Assembly: GCA_964016885.1 (NCBI GenBank)
Contig: OZ024740.1
Coordinates: 255,068,001 to 255,132,000, forward strand
Source: Eledone cirrhosa
Taxonomy: Eukaryota
Direction of reading: 5' to 3'
DNA: 64,000 nt
Below are positions 25,301 to 39,132 of the stretch, piece after piece (position 1 is the first letter of the stretch; the number at the start of each line of letters is the position of its first letter). The position numbers and the translations under genes are program-made. Under the pieces are notes generated by a model that saw only the letters and a program-made list of their open reading frames with translations, did no database searches and was not told the DNA's origin.

Positions 25301-28300
25301 TACAGAGACCCTTTAGCGAATTAGTTAAGCGTGCATTGATGGGTGCGATCGTCAACAACAGGTGGTGGTTTACCCTGAAAAGGGCTATTAGTGTAGAATC
25401 TATAAGGTTTAGCAAAGGTGTAGTGATGGAGGAAAATAGAGTAGAGGGAGAGTTAGTTAGGAAGCTAGAAGAGGCGTTTAGGACAGGCATCGCAACCGAC
25501 GTGCTTGCGGCGAGATTGACACACGACCAATTCTTCAACGCAAAGCATGATGGCTGCGGTGTCAGAGCTAGAGCGCGTGCTCTAGAACACTAGGGGGAGA
25601 AAGCCGTTCAATGGGTCCAGGTGGCAGAGGCGCGACGTGGCAACAACGCCACAATTCGGTCTTTGCCTGATCAAAACGGGCGCATGTTGCTCGAACCCGA
25701 GCACATTGCTCGATTGTTCGGGGGCGTCGGGCCGAATCGGAGTATGGACTTCAGTGCCTACCTCGACGGCATACCACGACCGCAGCGCAGTGCCGCGAAA
25801 GGCGGATAACAGCCAATGAAATACGGGAAGCGATGTCTGACTGCACAAGGGGTAAATCGCCAGGTTTGGATGGTCTGCCCTACGAGATTTATGCGTATAT
25901 GCGTATATGCCATTGTTCGGCGACATCTTGGCAGATGTTTACTGCAACTGGCAGCAGAACGGGAGCATTCTCAGTTTTGTGAGCTGGGGAGCGGTGGCGC
26001 TGCTGAGAAAAGACCCGAGCAAGGGGGACGTTATAGACAACTTCAGGCCCATAACTCTGCTAAACGCAAAGTTTATGATTTGGGCCACGGTGTTAGCAAA
26101 GAGATTGGCACCTGTCGTCGGTGATGGGAGAGGCGCAGGCATGCGCCATTCCGGACAGATCCATCCACGACAAACTCCATCTCATGCGATACATCATAGA
26201 GAGGGTGGTTAAGGAACCTGGCACGGGTGGAGCCCCGATCAACTTGGATCAATCTAAAGCATTTGATAGGGTCGACCATCGATACCTGGCTGCGGTCCTC
26301 GAGATGGCCGGCTTTGGGCCCGTTTTTAGGGGCTGGATCGCTGCGATTCACAGCGACATCTGCTCGATTGTGAGGGTGAATGGTCACCTACCTTTCAGCG
26401 TCATGCGCTCGGTTCGCCAGGGTTTTTCCCTTCGTCCCTCTTGTACGTACTAGCCCTAGAGCCGTTACTACACAAATTGGAGACGATGAAGGGGATCCCA
26501 CTCGAACTGGGATGTGGGAGATCCATGACAGCTTACGCCGACGACGTAACCATGGTGGTGTCGAGCACCAAACACGTCCAGATGCTCGGCACCGCTCTCA
26601 AGGAATACTAAGCGGTGACAGAAGCAAAGATCAACCAGGAAAAGTCGGTGGGCTTGCAACTCGGCAACTGGAGAGTTAAGTCCATTCCGTCCGACAGCGT
26701 CGTGGGGCGCTGGAGGGAAGGACCGGTTAAATTGCTCGGGGTCTGGTTCGGTCCGGACCTCCAGATAAAGAAAAACTGGAGCGAGGTGACGACAGGGTGG
26801 CCTCTCTCATCAGAAATGGGCCGAGAGGAGGCTGTCTCTGAAAGGTCGGGCGGAGGTGGCGAATGCGTACATAGCGTCCGTCATCTGCTACCGCCTGACC
26901 GTCGTACCTTGCCCCCGCCCAACTCTCACCAAAATGGAGCGCCTTCTCTTCCGGTTTTTGTGGAAGGGACGTGCTTCCATAGTCAGACGATCCAATTGCT
27001 GTCAACACCCGTTGCGTGGATGACTAGGCATGCCGTGGCTGAGATGCGCAAGGATGCGCTAGAAGCTGCGACGTTCTGGTGTTTCCTTGACGGTGAACAG
27101 GTGTGGTCGCCGTTTGCCAGACGCGCTTTTTCTCAGCTCGTCTCCTTGACGGAGTTGCAGTGCTGGATCAGAAAAAGACCGAGGGATAGCGCTTGGAAAC
27201 TGGAATGTCTCCAAGCGCTCACCGCGCTCTACCAGCTGGGCACTAGTATCGGTGGAACATCCACCTCGGCGTTCTATAGAGGGCTAGTGGAGGGAAAGAG
27301 CGACCCTGGGCGTCGAAGACGATCAACTGTTCGCTCACTTCAAGAGAACTTTCAGACAGGGGCCTATGGATAACTTCCAGAAATCCCTGGCCTGGCAGTG
27401 CTACCGGGGAGCGTTGCCGGTTCGAGATAAGCTCTACAGGCACGGAAGTGCCGTCAGCCGAGCCTGTCTGAGATGCGCGCAGAGCGACGAAACCGTCGTG
27501 CACGCACTCGTTCAGTGTCCGAGCATTGCTGACTTGTGGAGTTATGTCGAACAGTTGCTGTCGCGTGTAGGATCGATCCGGTTATCGACTGACTCCACTG
27601 TGCAGATGGCCTCGCCGTCTTCCTTCGAGGAGGAAGGGCAGGCGGTTTTTATCTGCCTGGTCGCCATGGCGAAAGAGATTGTGTGGTGGACAAGGTTGAA
27701 AGGGTTAAAGACAGACATGTTTCTATGTCTTTTTTCTTTTTCGTTTCTTATATAAATAACTAGCAGTGGTACCCGGCGTTGCACGGGATAAAATATTGTG
27801 AAATATATAACCGCCTTAGCTAAGCTTAGTATTGTCACAACCACGGCTGGCAAAGAAGTAAGGGTCTGGTGGTACGTAAGTAAGCAACACTGTGACTTAA
27901 AACGTGAGGAAGAAGTTGTGTGCACTTACCAACTGTTTGGGGAATGAGTGTGAGATTTGTCTTGAGCAAGGGTGGCGGAATAACAGGAGGTAGCAGCCAG
28001 TCAGACATACAGACAGATATTATAAGGGCGCGTTCTGGATGCAAAGCGAATTGTAGGAAGTGACGTAATGCAGACAGTTAGACATGCAGACAGATATTAT
28101 AAGGGCGCGACGTTATATGTATGTATCTGTCTAAAAAGAGAAAGACTCAGAATTATAGAGAGAGATCGCTAAATCGCCTAATGCGGTCCCTAGGGCATCG
28201 AAAATTTGAAATTGTTTTTGCTCAGAACACTCCCTGAAACATAAGTATTACATGTGTAAAGTTTTAAAACAGTCGGTTGGGTATTTCTCTCGTTTTAGGG

Positions 28301-28482
28301 ATTCAAACTCACACACACGCAGGCAGACATCCTCAGTTTTATATATATAGATAAAAATATTTACACGCACAAAACCCACATCGTACCGTCCTGTACCGTC
28401 CTGTGCCGTCTGTAATGTTTTTGATGTCAGCCCTTGTGGTCAATAAAGAAATCATTTTATTATTATTATTATTATTATTATT
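22349..28482 (+). mobile_element. Tx1-clade LINE copy F (B-like subfamily), near full-length, degenerate, Helitron in 3' UTR
   Basis: Knuckle KCYLCGQKGHLKAFC; ORF1 ends DQGK* 24518; ORF2 ATG 24551; RT YADD ~26534; AATAAA 28442-28447 then (ATT)n. Confidence 0.9.
27760..28351 (-). mobile_element. Non-autonomous Helitron
   Basis: Minus strand A|TCTATATATATAAAA...CCCGTGCAACGCCGGG hairpin..CTAG|T; removing it restores the Tx1 3' UTR seen in copy B, with no TSD. Confidence 0.88.
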
Positions 28483-31400
28483 AACCGAAACCAATCCAAG
28501 GGGAAAACGAGGAAAGCTCTCCACTCCCCCTACCCCTCCAATTATACACATAAACAAAACAATAAACGCACACACAGACACAGCTACACTCACAACCACA
28601 GACCCTTTGTCCTCCAGCAGCGAAGATGAAGGAAAACCCAAAAGTACAAAAAAAAAACAAAAGAGAAAACTCACAAAACAAAATCCCCGACAAAATACAA
28701 AAACATACACAACAAAAATACAGACAGCACTAACGCAAACACTTCCCCAATAACATCAACACCAACATCAACATCAACATCAACACCACAATCCCCGAAA
28801 CGCAAACAACCTAAACAAATACAAGTACAAATAAACACACAAATACCTGAAATTGCAGACACCACACCTACAACAAATACAGACATACCCGAAACAACAC
28901 CACCAAAACCATCACCACCACAGTCACCAAAACGAAAACAAATAAAACGACACCAACAAAATATTAAAAATGTTCGTGCTTGTCAGAAGGGCCAACGATA
29001 AATTGATGGCCCTCTTAGCACGAATCGAGGACATTCAAACAGAGGGGGAGATCTTTGAAATGAGCACATTTTGCGAGTCAGAAGATTTGTTTCTGGTGCG
29101 AATGTCGCTCGATTCCTACAAAGAAATTCGAGAGAGCTCCCCTCAAGACGTGGGAACCCCGAACGGGAAACCCACATCGAGACTTTTAAAGGGGTTCCCA
29201 AAAGAAACCCCACCAACTATGGAGGTCGAACCGCCCGACCTTGACAAGACTCCGGGAGGTAAGTAAACCTTCCCCCCCTCTTTTAGCTTGCCAACATGGC
29301 CATATTAAGAGTAGGAAGTTTAAATGTTCGTGGCCTGGGGTCACTCTGGAAGCAGGATCGGATCGCCTGCTCGACGACCTCAGGTCTCTGGAAATGGATG
29401 TGATTGCCGTCAGCGAGACCAGGATTTCCGACACGCGTGCAGTAGGCCACATTTTCGACCACTATCAGATCTTCGCATCTGTTAGCAGGCCGGGAATGGG
29501 AGGTGGGGTGGCAGTGCTGTTTAGGAAAGGCCTGGATCTCGAGGTATTGTCGATCTTCCAGGACTCAGGCGGTAAGTTTGCAATCCTGAATGTGAGCAGT
29601 AGCGAAGGTGGTGCCTTTAGACTGCTGACCGTCTACGCCCCTACTGGGGCCGCACGACCGGACTTCTTTAGGCGCCTAGAAACCTTCCTGGGAACGTCTC
29701 GCCCTTTACTGTTAGCGAGGGACTGGAACGGCATCTTAGACGCACGCTGGGGTTGTATGCGAGTAGCTGATAGGAGCGGTGGGTGCAAAAGCCTCAAGCA
29801 CCTACTCAGCCAGTTCCAATAGTCTGACAGTTACCGACTAGATTTCCACAATGCGCCAGTGTGGACATGGACCAACCGAATGGGGTCATCTAGATCGTAT
29901 ATAAACAGGATCTTCATTAGGAAAATAGATAGAAATAGTGTAGGCTGCCCACTTATAAAACGGTCGCCTATTCAGATCACTAATTTGTGCTGTATAATCG
30001 ACCTAGAAAAAACGCGTAGGTTGGGACCGGGTTACTGGAAGCTGAACATGTCTTTTCCGGCACGTAAGGCTTACAGGGACCGAGTCAACAATTTAGTTAA
30101 GCAAACGTTGACAGGGGATATCGTCAACAACAGATGGATGGTGGCGGGCTCTCAAAAGAGAGATTAGAGTAACTTCGAAAGAGTTCAACAAAGAAGTAGC
30201 GTTAGAGAAAAAATAGAAAGGAGGGGGAGTTGGTAGATAAGTTAGACGAGGCTATTTGTAGTGGCATTGCAACTGACGTACTAGCGGCGAGAATGGCATT
30301 AGACCATTTCTTCAATGCGGAACACAAAGGTTGCATTGTCAGAGCTAAGGCGCGTGTGCTGAGAAACGAGGGTACCAAAGCTGTTCGATGGGCCCGCGTG
30401 GCGTAGGCGCACCGTGGTAATAAAAGCACAATTCGGACCGAGACAGACACGAGATAAGCAATTCCAAGCGGATGTGTGAAGCCTTTGCTCGGTATTTCGT
30501 GTGAGTGGCAGGTCAGAGACAGTAGCGGATTTCAGTCCCTACCTTGATGGCTTGCCGTGCATCTCGACGGTCGATGCTGAGCGCTGCGAAAGGCCGAATA
30601 CTTCAGCTGAAATTCAGGACGCCCTTGTCGGCTGCATGAGGCGCAAGTCACTCAGTTTGGCTGGCCTGCTTTACAAGCTTTACGTAAATATGCCAGACTT
30701 CTTCGATCTCCTCGAAGCGCTCTACTGCAACTTGCAGCAGAATGGGAGTATTCCCAGTTCTGTGAGCAGGAGACTGGTGACGCTGATAAGGAAAGACGAG
30801 AACAAGAGGGATACGTTAGACAATTTCAGGCCCATAAGTTTAAGATTTTGACCAAGGTGTTAGCAAAGAGATTGGCGCTTGTCGTCAAGGATTTGGCTGG
30901 GGAGGCGCAAACCTGCGCAATCCCAGCCAGGTCCATACACGACAACCTCCACCTCATGGCATACATCATAGAAACCTGGCCCTGGTGGGGCACTGATCAA
31001 TTTAGATCAATCAAAAGCATTCGATAGGGTCGATCATCGGTATCTGGAGGCTGTCCTCAAAGCAACAGGCTGTGGGCCGGTTTTCAGAAGCTGGATCGCA
31101 GCAATGCACAGCGGTACCTGCTCGGTGGTCAAGGTTAATGGTCATCTCTCGGAACCGTTTCGGATCTCCCGATCGGTCCGTCAAAGGTGCCCTCTCTCTT
31201 CCCTTCTGTATGTATTGACTCTCGAGCCTTTGCTGTGGAAGCTGGAGCTGTTGCAGGGCATCCTGCTCGAACCGGGACCTGGAAATGCTGTGTCGGCTTA
31301 TGCGGACATCACCGTGATGGTATCCAACACCTCAGAAATCGAGGTTGTCGGCACCTTATTGAAGGAATATGAAAGGTTGACAGGAGCCAAACTTAACCCG

Positions 31401-32825
31401 GAAAAGTTGGTGGGCTTGCAGCTCGGCACCTGGGGAGGCAAGTCCATGCCGTCCAACAGCGTTGTGAGGCGCTGGACGGATGGACCGGTAAAGTTGCTCG
31501 GGGTTTAGTTCGGACCAGACCTCCAGGTGGAAAAGAATTGGGACGAGGTAACGAGCAGGGTAGCCAGTCTCACCCAAAAATGGGCTGCGAGGAAGCTATC
31601 ACTGAAAGGTCGAGTGGAGGTGGCGAATGAGTATATCACGTCCGTCATCTACTACCGCCTGACCGTCGTGCCTTGTCCACGTCAGCGTCTCACCAAGCTG
31701 GAAATTCTTGTGGAGAGGACAAGTCCCGTTGGTGTGGTTGTTCATCTGCTGCCAGCACCCTCTACGCGGAGGGCTGGGTATACCGTGGCTAATGATGTGC
31801 AGACATACGCTGAGACTGTGACATCTCCAGATGAACAGGTGAACAGGTGTGGTCGCCGTTTACCAGACGGGCGTTTCCGCATTTCTTTTCTTTGACTGAG
31901 CTGCAGTCCCGGGTCAAGAAGAGACCAAGACTGGGTGACTGGCACCTGGAATGTTGCCAGGCCCTCACTGCCAAGCGGGCAATGCGATCAGTGGAACTTC
32001 GACTCTCGAGGTCTATAGAGGATTAGTGGTGGGCAAGTGCGATGACGCACTCGGAGAATCTTTGGGCCTCGACGAAGTCGAACTGACCAGCCTGTTCCGG
32101 AGGACTTTCGAGCCGAGGACGATGGACAATTTCCAGAAATCCCTCACTTGGCAGTGCTACCGGAGGGCACTGCCGGTTCGGGATAAACTCTACAGGCACA
32201 GAAGTGCTGTCAGACGGACCTGCCCGAGATGCGCACAGAGTGACGAAACCGTTCTGCACGCACTTGTCCAATGTCCGTGCATTACTGTGGAGTTATGTCG
32301 AATAGCTGTTGTCGCGTGTAGAACGGATGCGGCTATCTGCCGAGTCCATAGTCAAGAGTGACCCGCCACTTTTCTTTGGCCAGGAATGGCAGGCAATTTT
32401 CCTCTGTGTGGTGGCAGTTGCGAAAGAGGTTATATGGTGGACCAGATTGAAAGGACTGAAGACAGACACTTTTCTTCGGCCAATCCCTCATCTACTTTTC
32501 CAAGTTTCACCTGGAAAGGAAGGTGAGGGTGGGGAGAGAAGTGCCCCCCCCCCCAGTACATTTGCTAAAAGGTGGATGAATGTGGCGAGAATGGCCCGTG
32601 TGAACGGGCCTACTCTAATCATGCGCCTATAGGCTAGCTAATTTGAGGATGAGAGGGGTGTTTTCCCGGGTTCCCTAGAAGCGCAGGGTGGTTCAGGATT
32701 TTTATATTTTTATTGTTAAATTAGTCTTGCAATTGTGCACGTTTACTCGAGCTTATTGTAAACCCCCACTGTCTGCGTCTTCGTATTGTACCCTACATGT
32801 CGGCCCTTGTGGCCAATAAATGAAA

Positions 32826-32872
<47 letters not shown>
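28483..32872 (+). mobile_element. Tx1-clade LINE copy G (C-like subfamily), 5'-truncated within ORF1, long (ATT)n tail
   Basis: Starts in the tail of F; homologous to C from 12357 onward; ends GGCCCTTGTGGCCAATAAATGAAATC(ATT)n. Confidence 0.9.
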
Positions 32873-33074
32873 GGGCGTTGAATTGGCAGTATCGGCAGAG
32901 GGTCGGACGCCATGCTTTCCAGCATAGTTACGTCCCTTTACGATCTGAGTTCAAATCCCGCCGAGGTTAACTTTGCCTCCCATCCTTACGGGGTCGATAA
33001 AATAAAGCACCTGTAATGTACTGGGTAATTGCTGGCCTTGTGCTAAAAGTAGTAACAATTATTATTATTATTAT
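32873..33074 (+). mobile_element. SINE copy, near full-length, directly after the tail of G
   Basis: A-box-like TGGCAGTATCGG, B-box GAGTTCAAATCC, (ATT)n tail. Confidence 0.88.
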
Positions 33075-33132
33075 CTTGAACCGTTAAGGTATCTTTTCTT
33101 GGTTATGTCAAAATTTATATATCAAACTTTGT

Positions 33133-33191
33133 ATTTTATCTGATGAAAGCGTACCGAACTTTTGGTACCCTTGAAATATATATAATAGAAT
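33133..33191 (+). ncRNA. Minimal type I hammerhead ribozyme motif (Penelope-type)
   Basis: AUUUUAU-CUGAUGA-stem II (GUACC/GGUAC)-GAAA-UAUAUAUA-AUAGAAU; stem I pairs 7 bp. Confidence 0.75.
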
Positions 33192-33394
33192 AAATATGGT
33201 TTTATAAATATAGTTTCCATTTATTTAATAACATTGGATATATATCTATATATATACGTACAGCTACACATTCTTTTCAAATATACTATTTACACATGTA
33301 TGGTCACATATTGTCTGTCATCACTCCATCCGTTAGTCCATCCATGTATAAAATATTTTCCTTCAAATGAAACAGTTCTAGTCCTGTACTAGCC

Positions 33395-34011
<617 letters not shown>

Positions 34012-34202
34012 ATCTAGTTATTTATCTATCTATCTGCCCGCCCGTCCGTCCGTCCGACTGTCTGTCTGCCTATCTACCTGCACATTCTTTTATCTATCCA
34101 CACGCATAACCAGTATAACTCTGAGCAACTACCACCACCACTTGTCTTAATATATCATATTCTCGTATACATTAACAGAGAGATTATTTCAATTATAAAG
34201 CA

Positions 34203-34946
34203 CTAGCAGAAAAACCATCCTCGGGTGGTTTTCTGCTCGCATGTGTAGTGTGTATATTGATATTATACGCAAGTATATATACATGTAGATATGAGACATT
34301 AAATAAAATCGTAATTGACAATATAAACAGAAATTGAACGAAGACGTTGTTACAGTGTCTTATGTAATCAGTAACGTAATCCATGATATATTTAAAAAAC
34401 TGCATTAGGAGAAAATTAGTATGTTTATTCAAGTGATCGCCACCGGGAGTGTTGACATCACACACTCTCTCTTTCTATATATATATATGGTAGTCGAAGT
34501 GGTGGTGGTGGCAACGATATACCGGAAGTGCAACTTTGAAAAGAAGTCAAAATTTTAAATTATTTATTTTTACGGAGTTATTTTTGTTTACGAAATTTAG
34601 TAGATAAATTATGTAATATTCATTCATTATTTATTCCCCGTAGCGACTTGTGAATATTCCGTTTTCAAGACGGGTACGTGCCGGCTTACCCTAGAGAGTC
34701 GGACGCCATGCTTTCCAGCATAGTTACGTCCCTTTACGGTCTGAGTTCAAATCCCGCCGAGGTTAACTTTGCTTTTCATCCTTACGGAGTTGATAAAATA
34801 AAGTACCAGTAATGTACTGGGTAATTGCTGGCCTTGTGCCAAAAAGTAGAAACAATTATTTGTTCAAAGTAATGCAACTTATTTTACTAACGGAATAGAA
34901 AAAAACCGTACGCTGTCCCGCAGACCTTCCTTTATTATAGTTTAGA
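34203..34946 (-). mobile_element. Non-autonomous Helitron containing a SINE
   Basis: Minus strand A|TCTAAACTATAATAAAG...; subterminal hairpin GCAGAAAAACCATCCTCGGGTGGTTTTCTGC; CTAG|T end. Confidence 0.65.
34692..34861 (+). mobile_element. SINE copy (same family as 802-979)
   Basis: High similarity to 32873-33074. Confidence 0.88.
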
Positions 34947-34957
34947 TGTGTATGTTG

Positions 34958-35235
34958 GACCTCTGTCGGTTCCGACGACGTATGCTTCAGCTGTTTCATA
35001 AACGGATGAGCTTGCTCGTGAAATGAACCTGCAAATGGTTAAATATTCCACAGACACACTTAAGTTTAACATAACTCTCAGGGCGATTTAGTATGGCACA
35101 AGTGCGACAAGTTTGGCCCTTTGAATTATTACAGGTACAATTCATTTTTTCCATCTGTGGAAATAAAGTGTCTTTCTCAAGGACACAACGCCGCAATCCT
35201 GGGAATCGAACCCACGCACTTATAAACGTTAGACA
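34958..35235 (-). mobile_element. Second tRNA-derived SINE family, diverged
   Basis: Minus strand GGGTTCGATTCCC B-box then GTGTCCTTGAGAAAGACACTTTA; related copy at ~57275-57520. Confidence 0.65.
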
Positions 35236-35547
35236 AAACCCACTCTAAATCACACTCAGTCACAAATTGGAAAATAAATATTGAAATTCGGCAGTGGTAA
35301 AAGAATTAAAACAAATTGTTGAATTTTTAATCGAGTATCTGTTCTCTAACTTCAGAAAACACATTTCTGTTCCACAGCTCCCCAACCAACCCCACCCATA
35401 TTTATATTTGCTCCCCACTATATCACTCTCATACACCAAAAAAAAAAACTACTAAGAAGAATACCATACTCGTATCTAACAAATGTATTTCTCTATTGGT
35501 ATGAAAATAATGTAATATGAAGATTATTTATATCTAATCATTTCACA

Positions 35548-35614
<67 letters not shown>

Positions 35615-36146
35615 GGTGGTGGTGGTGATAGTAAGTAGTAGTGATAGCAACAACAATAATAATAATGGTAATAATAATTACAACAATAACAACAAGAATA
35701 TGATGAAGATGATGGAAGTATTCAAAAATTATAAATATATATTGTAATAGTGATTCAGGTATATAGAATGATGTAATTACTGTAAAATAATGGCGTGTTC
35801 CAAGAACATTATGAAGCAATTTAATATGTAGAGAGTTAGAATTAAGAAAGAAAGATTATTATCAATTTTTGCAGACAATAAAGAGAAATCCAATAAGTAA
35901 ATGAAAATTCTTAAGTATTTGATAAAAGAAAAAAAATAACTGCATACTAATAAATGTCATTTCGAATTTAGTTATAGGCACAAGACTTTATTCATTTTTT
36001 AGGTAGCACTGTCAAATAAATATATCCCAGTATATTACGGGTATCTGGCATACATATTAACGGCATTTAGAATTTTTCTTTACTGAGAGACTTATACATG
36101 GTTGTGTGGTTCGGATTCAGTTGGAAACAGTATAGAAGACTGTCGG

Positions 36147-36245
<99 letters not shown>

Positions 36246-36259
36246 CATACATGTATACA

Positions 36260-36481
36260 TCTATATATTACTAAAACTCTGCGCTTGCTTGCGTGTCTGT
36301 AATGTAATACAGCCAAAAGGGCGCATGGTGGAAAAATACTTTAAAGGAATTTGACCCTGAAATGAGAATACAAATGGAATGAAACAAATTTCGCATAAAT
36401 TGGAGCACGAGTTACCGAGATATGGGGTTTTTCCGCGTACCTTGATAAACAGAGAGAGAGAGATTATGGTGTTGTTGTGTG

Positions 36482-36559
<78 letters not shown>

Positions 36560-36634
36560 TATGTGTGTGTGTATTTATGTGTGTGTATATGTATGTGTGT
36601 GTCTATGACAAGTGTATATAGATCACAGACACCC

Positions 36635-36702
<68 letters not shown>

Positions 36703-36885
36703 ATACAAACACACACATTTATAAATATACATACACACACGTATATATATGGGCCTTCCAGTTTCATTTCATATTATATACATGTCTGTGTATATTTTAA
36801 TTATTTAAAAATTATTTTTAAGTAAACATGATATTTAAAAAATATTTTGAAGTGATCATGACCCAACGGGTCACGGGTGGTCTAG
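36260..36885 (+). mobile_element. Non-autonomous Helitron with internal microsatellites
   Basis: A|TCTATATATTACTAAAA...TGACCCAACGGGTCA hairpin..CTAG|T. Confidence 0.75.
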
Positions 36886-37833
36886 TATATTTATAATATA
36901 ATATTATTTATTTATGTTTACACACGGAACAAAGGCGCTACCCAAGGTTTCAGGGTTCAAATAGATTTCACCATAACTCCAGAAAACAAGAGGTATCAAA
37001 ATAGTAACCCTTCTTCGGGAGCTAATACGAGTTTATAAGTTACCATTATAAGTAAATTTAGCTAATAATGCTTGTTTACGAAAAATAACCTCATAAAACA
37101 AAGGGAAATAACTCCAAGATATAAATATGAATTATGAGATCAACCACGTGTTTGTGTTCGTATACTATAGCATAAGTATTGTATCATGTGGTGGAATAAA
37201 TATGGAGACGGTAATATTTATTAATGTATCGACTATAGTAGTATATAAAGTGCATTGTAATATGTGAGGAAAGAGAAAAAGAAAGAGAAAGAAAAGATAT
37301 AACGAAATTATATAAATCAAATTAAGGTGGTTAAAAATCAGCCGAATTTATTTGTTGAATATTTCCATTTAACAAACAGCTGGGTTTGGAGATGGAGGCA
37401 TCCTCTAAAAATCTCACTATTTGAGTTCAAGTAAATATTGTTCGGACATGACAAACCTTGTAATATCCTAAATTTCTCATTCATACAGAATTAGGCTTAT
37501 GGCATGGTTTACACGAAGCTGTTGTTAGATCTAAGTTCACATCTAGAAAATTTGCATTAGAAAGATTTGTATCAACCGTAATTTTAAGTCCTAGAGCACT
37601 AAATGTGTCAATTACATTTTTACGGAATCTGTCAAGAGTCTGTCAGTTACAGTCTTCTCCAGTGTTTGTGTTTATATTTATTGTTTCGAAAAATAGAGAT
37701 TGGATGAAACCAAAATCACGCAATTGCAAAGCGAACTCCTTAACGAAACAGATATAGCTGCGCCTGGTGTATGTATGTATGTATGTATGTATGTATGTAT
37801 GTATGTATGTATGTATGTATGTATGTATGTATG

Positions 37834-37894
<61 letters not shown>

Positions 37895-37909
37895 ACCTGG
37901 CGCGACCAT

Positions 37910-38345
37910 GGAATCATATAGCACGATCCAGTAATCCAGGCAGCAACACCTCCCCTGTTTGTAATTGTAGAAGCCCCAATAACTGCCCCTTGGAAGGCAA
38001 ATGCTTTAGCAGTAACTTGGTTTATGAATGTAGAGTAATTACCAATAGGGAAATCTTCACCTATATCGGAGCTACGGTTAATAAATTTAAGAAACGCTGG
38101 TACAACCACTGCCACATTTTTAAGAAAATGGATAAGTAAAACAGCATCACTCTCTCCGAAAAGGTGTGACAACTCAAGCATGACAACCCCTATAGGGGAG
38201 GAGGGCATGACTCATGCAATCTTTGTGTCACCTAAATTATGGAGATAATCAAGAAGGGAACACAAGTTATCAATAAAAGAAGTAACCTGTTTAGCACCTG
38301 CCACCACAGATCAACTGGAACCTTCCTCAGACTATACAAATTAGC
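37910..38345 (+). pseudogene. Penelope-like element (Naiad-type) GIY-YIG endonuclease fragment
   Basis: [36 protein letters not shown], then CNLC and INKRSNLFSTCHHR. Confidence 0.8.
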
Positions 38346-38849
38346 AACAGAGTTGTACTGGCTATGGTCTAGTACAAAGCTTGACCATGAGAGCCGGGTG
38401 TGGCCGCACACCGACCCCAACCTCGGGCGAATCGTGGATAGCCTCTATATGTCCGCCCCAAATCACTCTATCACCATTCTGTTAGGTACATATAAGATTG
38501 TATACTCGCGACATGAGGGTCCGTGTTTTATATTCTTTTGTTCCTTGTTCTCCGTATGTATACCTGCATTTGTATCTATATACCAATGTGTATGTTTTTG
38601 TTCATTTGTTCGCTATCTACAACTCGCATCCATATTTATTCTTTACAGTCTAGTAGTCCGTCCACTCAATCTCTACTCCTTATTTGTCTGGGCGTTGTTC
38701 TTGTTGTCGTTGTTATTATTAATACCACTAACAAAGTAGAAACAATTATATTGCTTGCCTTGTGCCAAAAGTAGAAACAATTATTAATACCACTGTAGTT
38801 ACGATTGACTACTATTGTTGTTACTAATTATTATTATTATGCACACAAC

Positions 38850-39132
38850 GGCGGTGGATTGGCAGTATCGGTAGAGGGTCGGACGCCATGCTTTGACGCA
38901 TAGAGTTACGGCCCTTGCCATTCTGAGTTCAAATCCCGCTGAGGTTAACTTTGCCTTTCATCCTTACGGGGTCGATAAAATAAAGTACCAGTAATACACT
39001 GGGTAATTGCTGGCCTTGTGCCAAAAGTAGAAACAATTATTATTATTATGCACTGGGATGTCGATAAAATAAAGTACCAGTAATACAATGAGATAATTGC
39101 TGGCTTTGTGCCAAAAGTAGAAAAAATTATTA
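38850..39132 (+). mobile_element. Full SINE copy followed by a tandem 3'-end fragment
   Basis: GGCGGTGGATTGGCAGTATCGG..(ATT)n to 39049; partial copy 39050-39132; further 3'-end fragments 38733-38785. Confidence 0.88.

Noticed and set aside
3330-32632. An intact, active Tx1 copy or programmed frameshifting in ORF2
   Set aside because: Every ORF2 has several stops and frameshifts at copy-specific positions; some may be sequencing errors.
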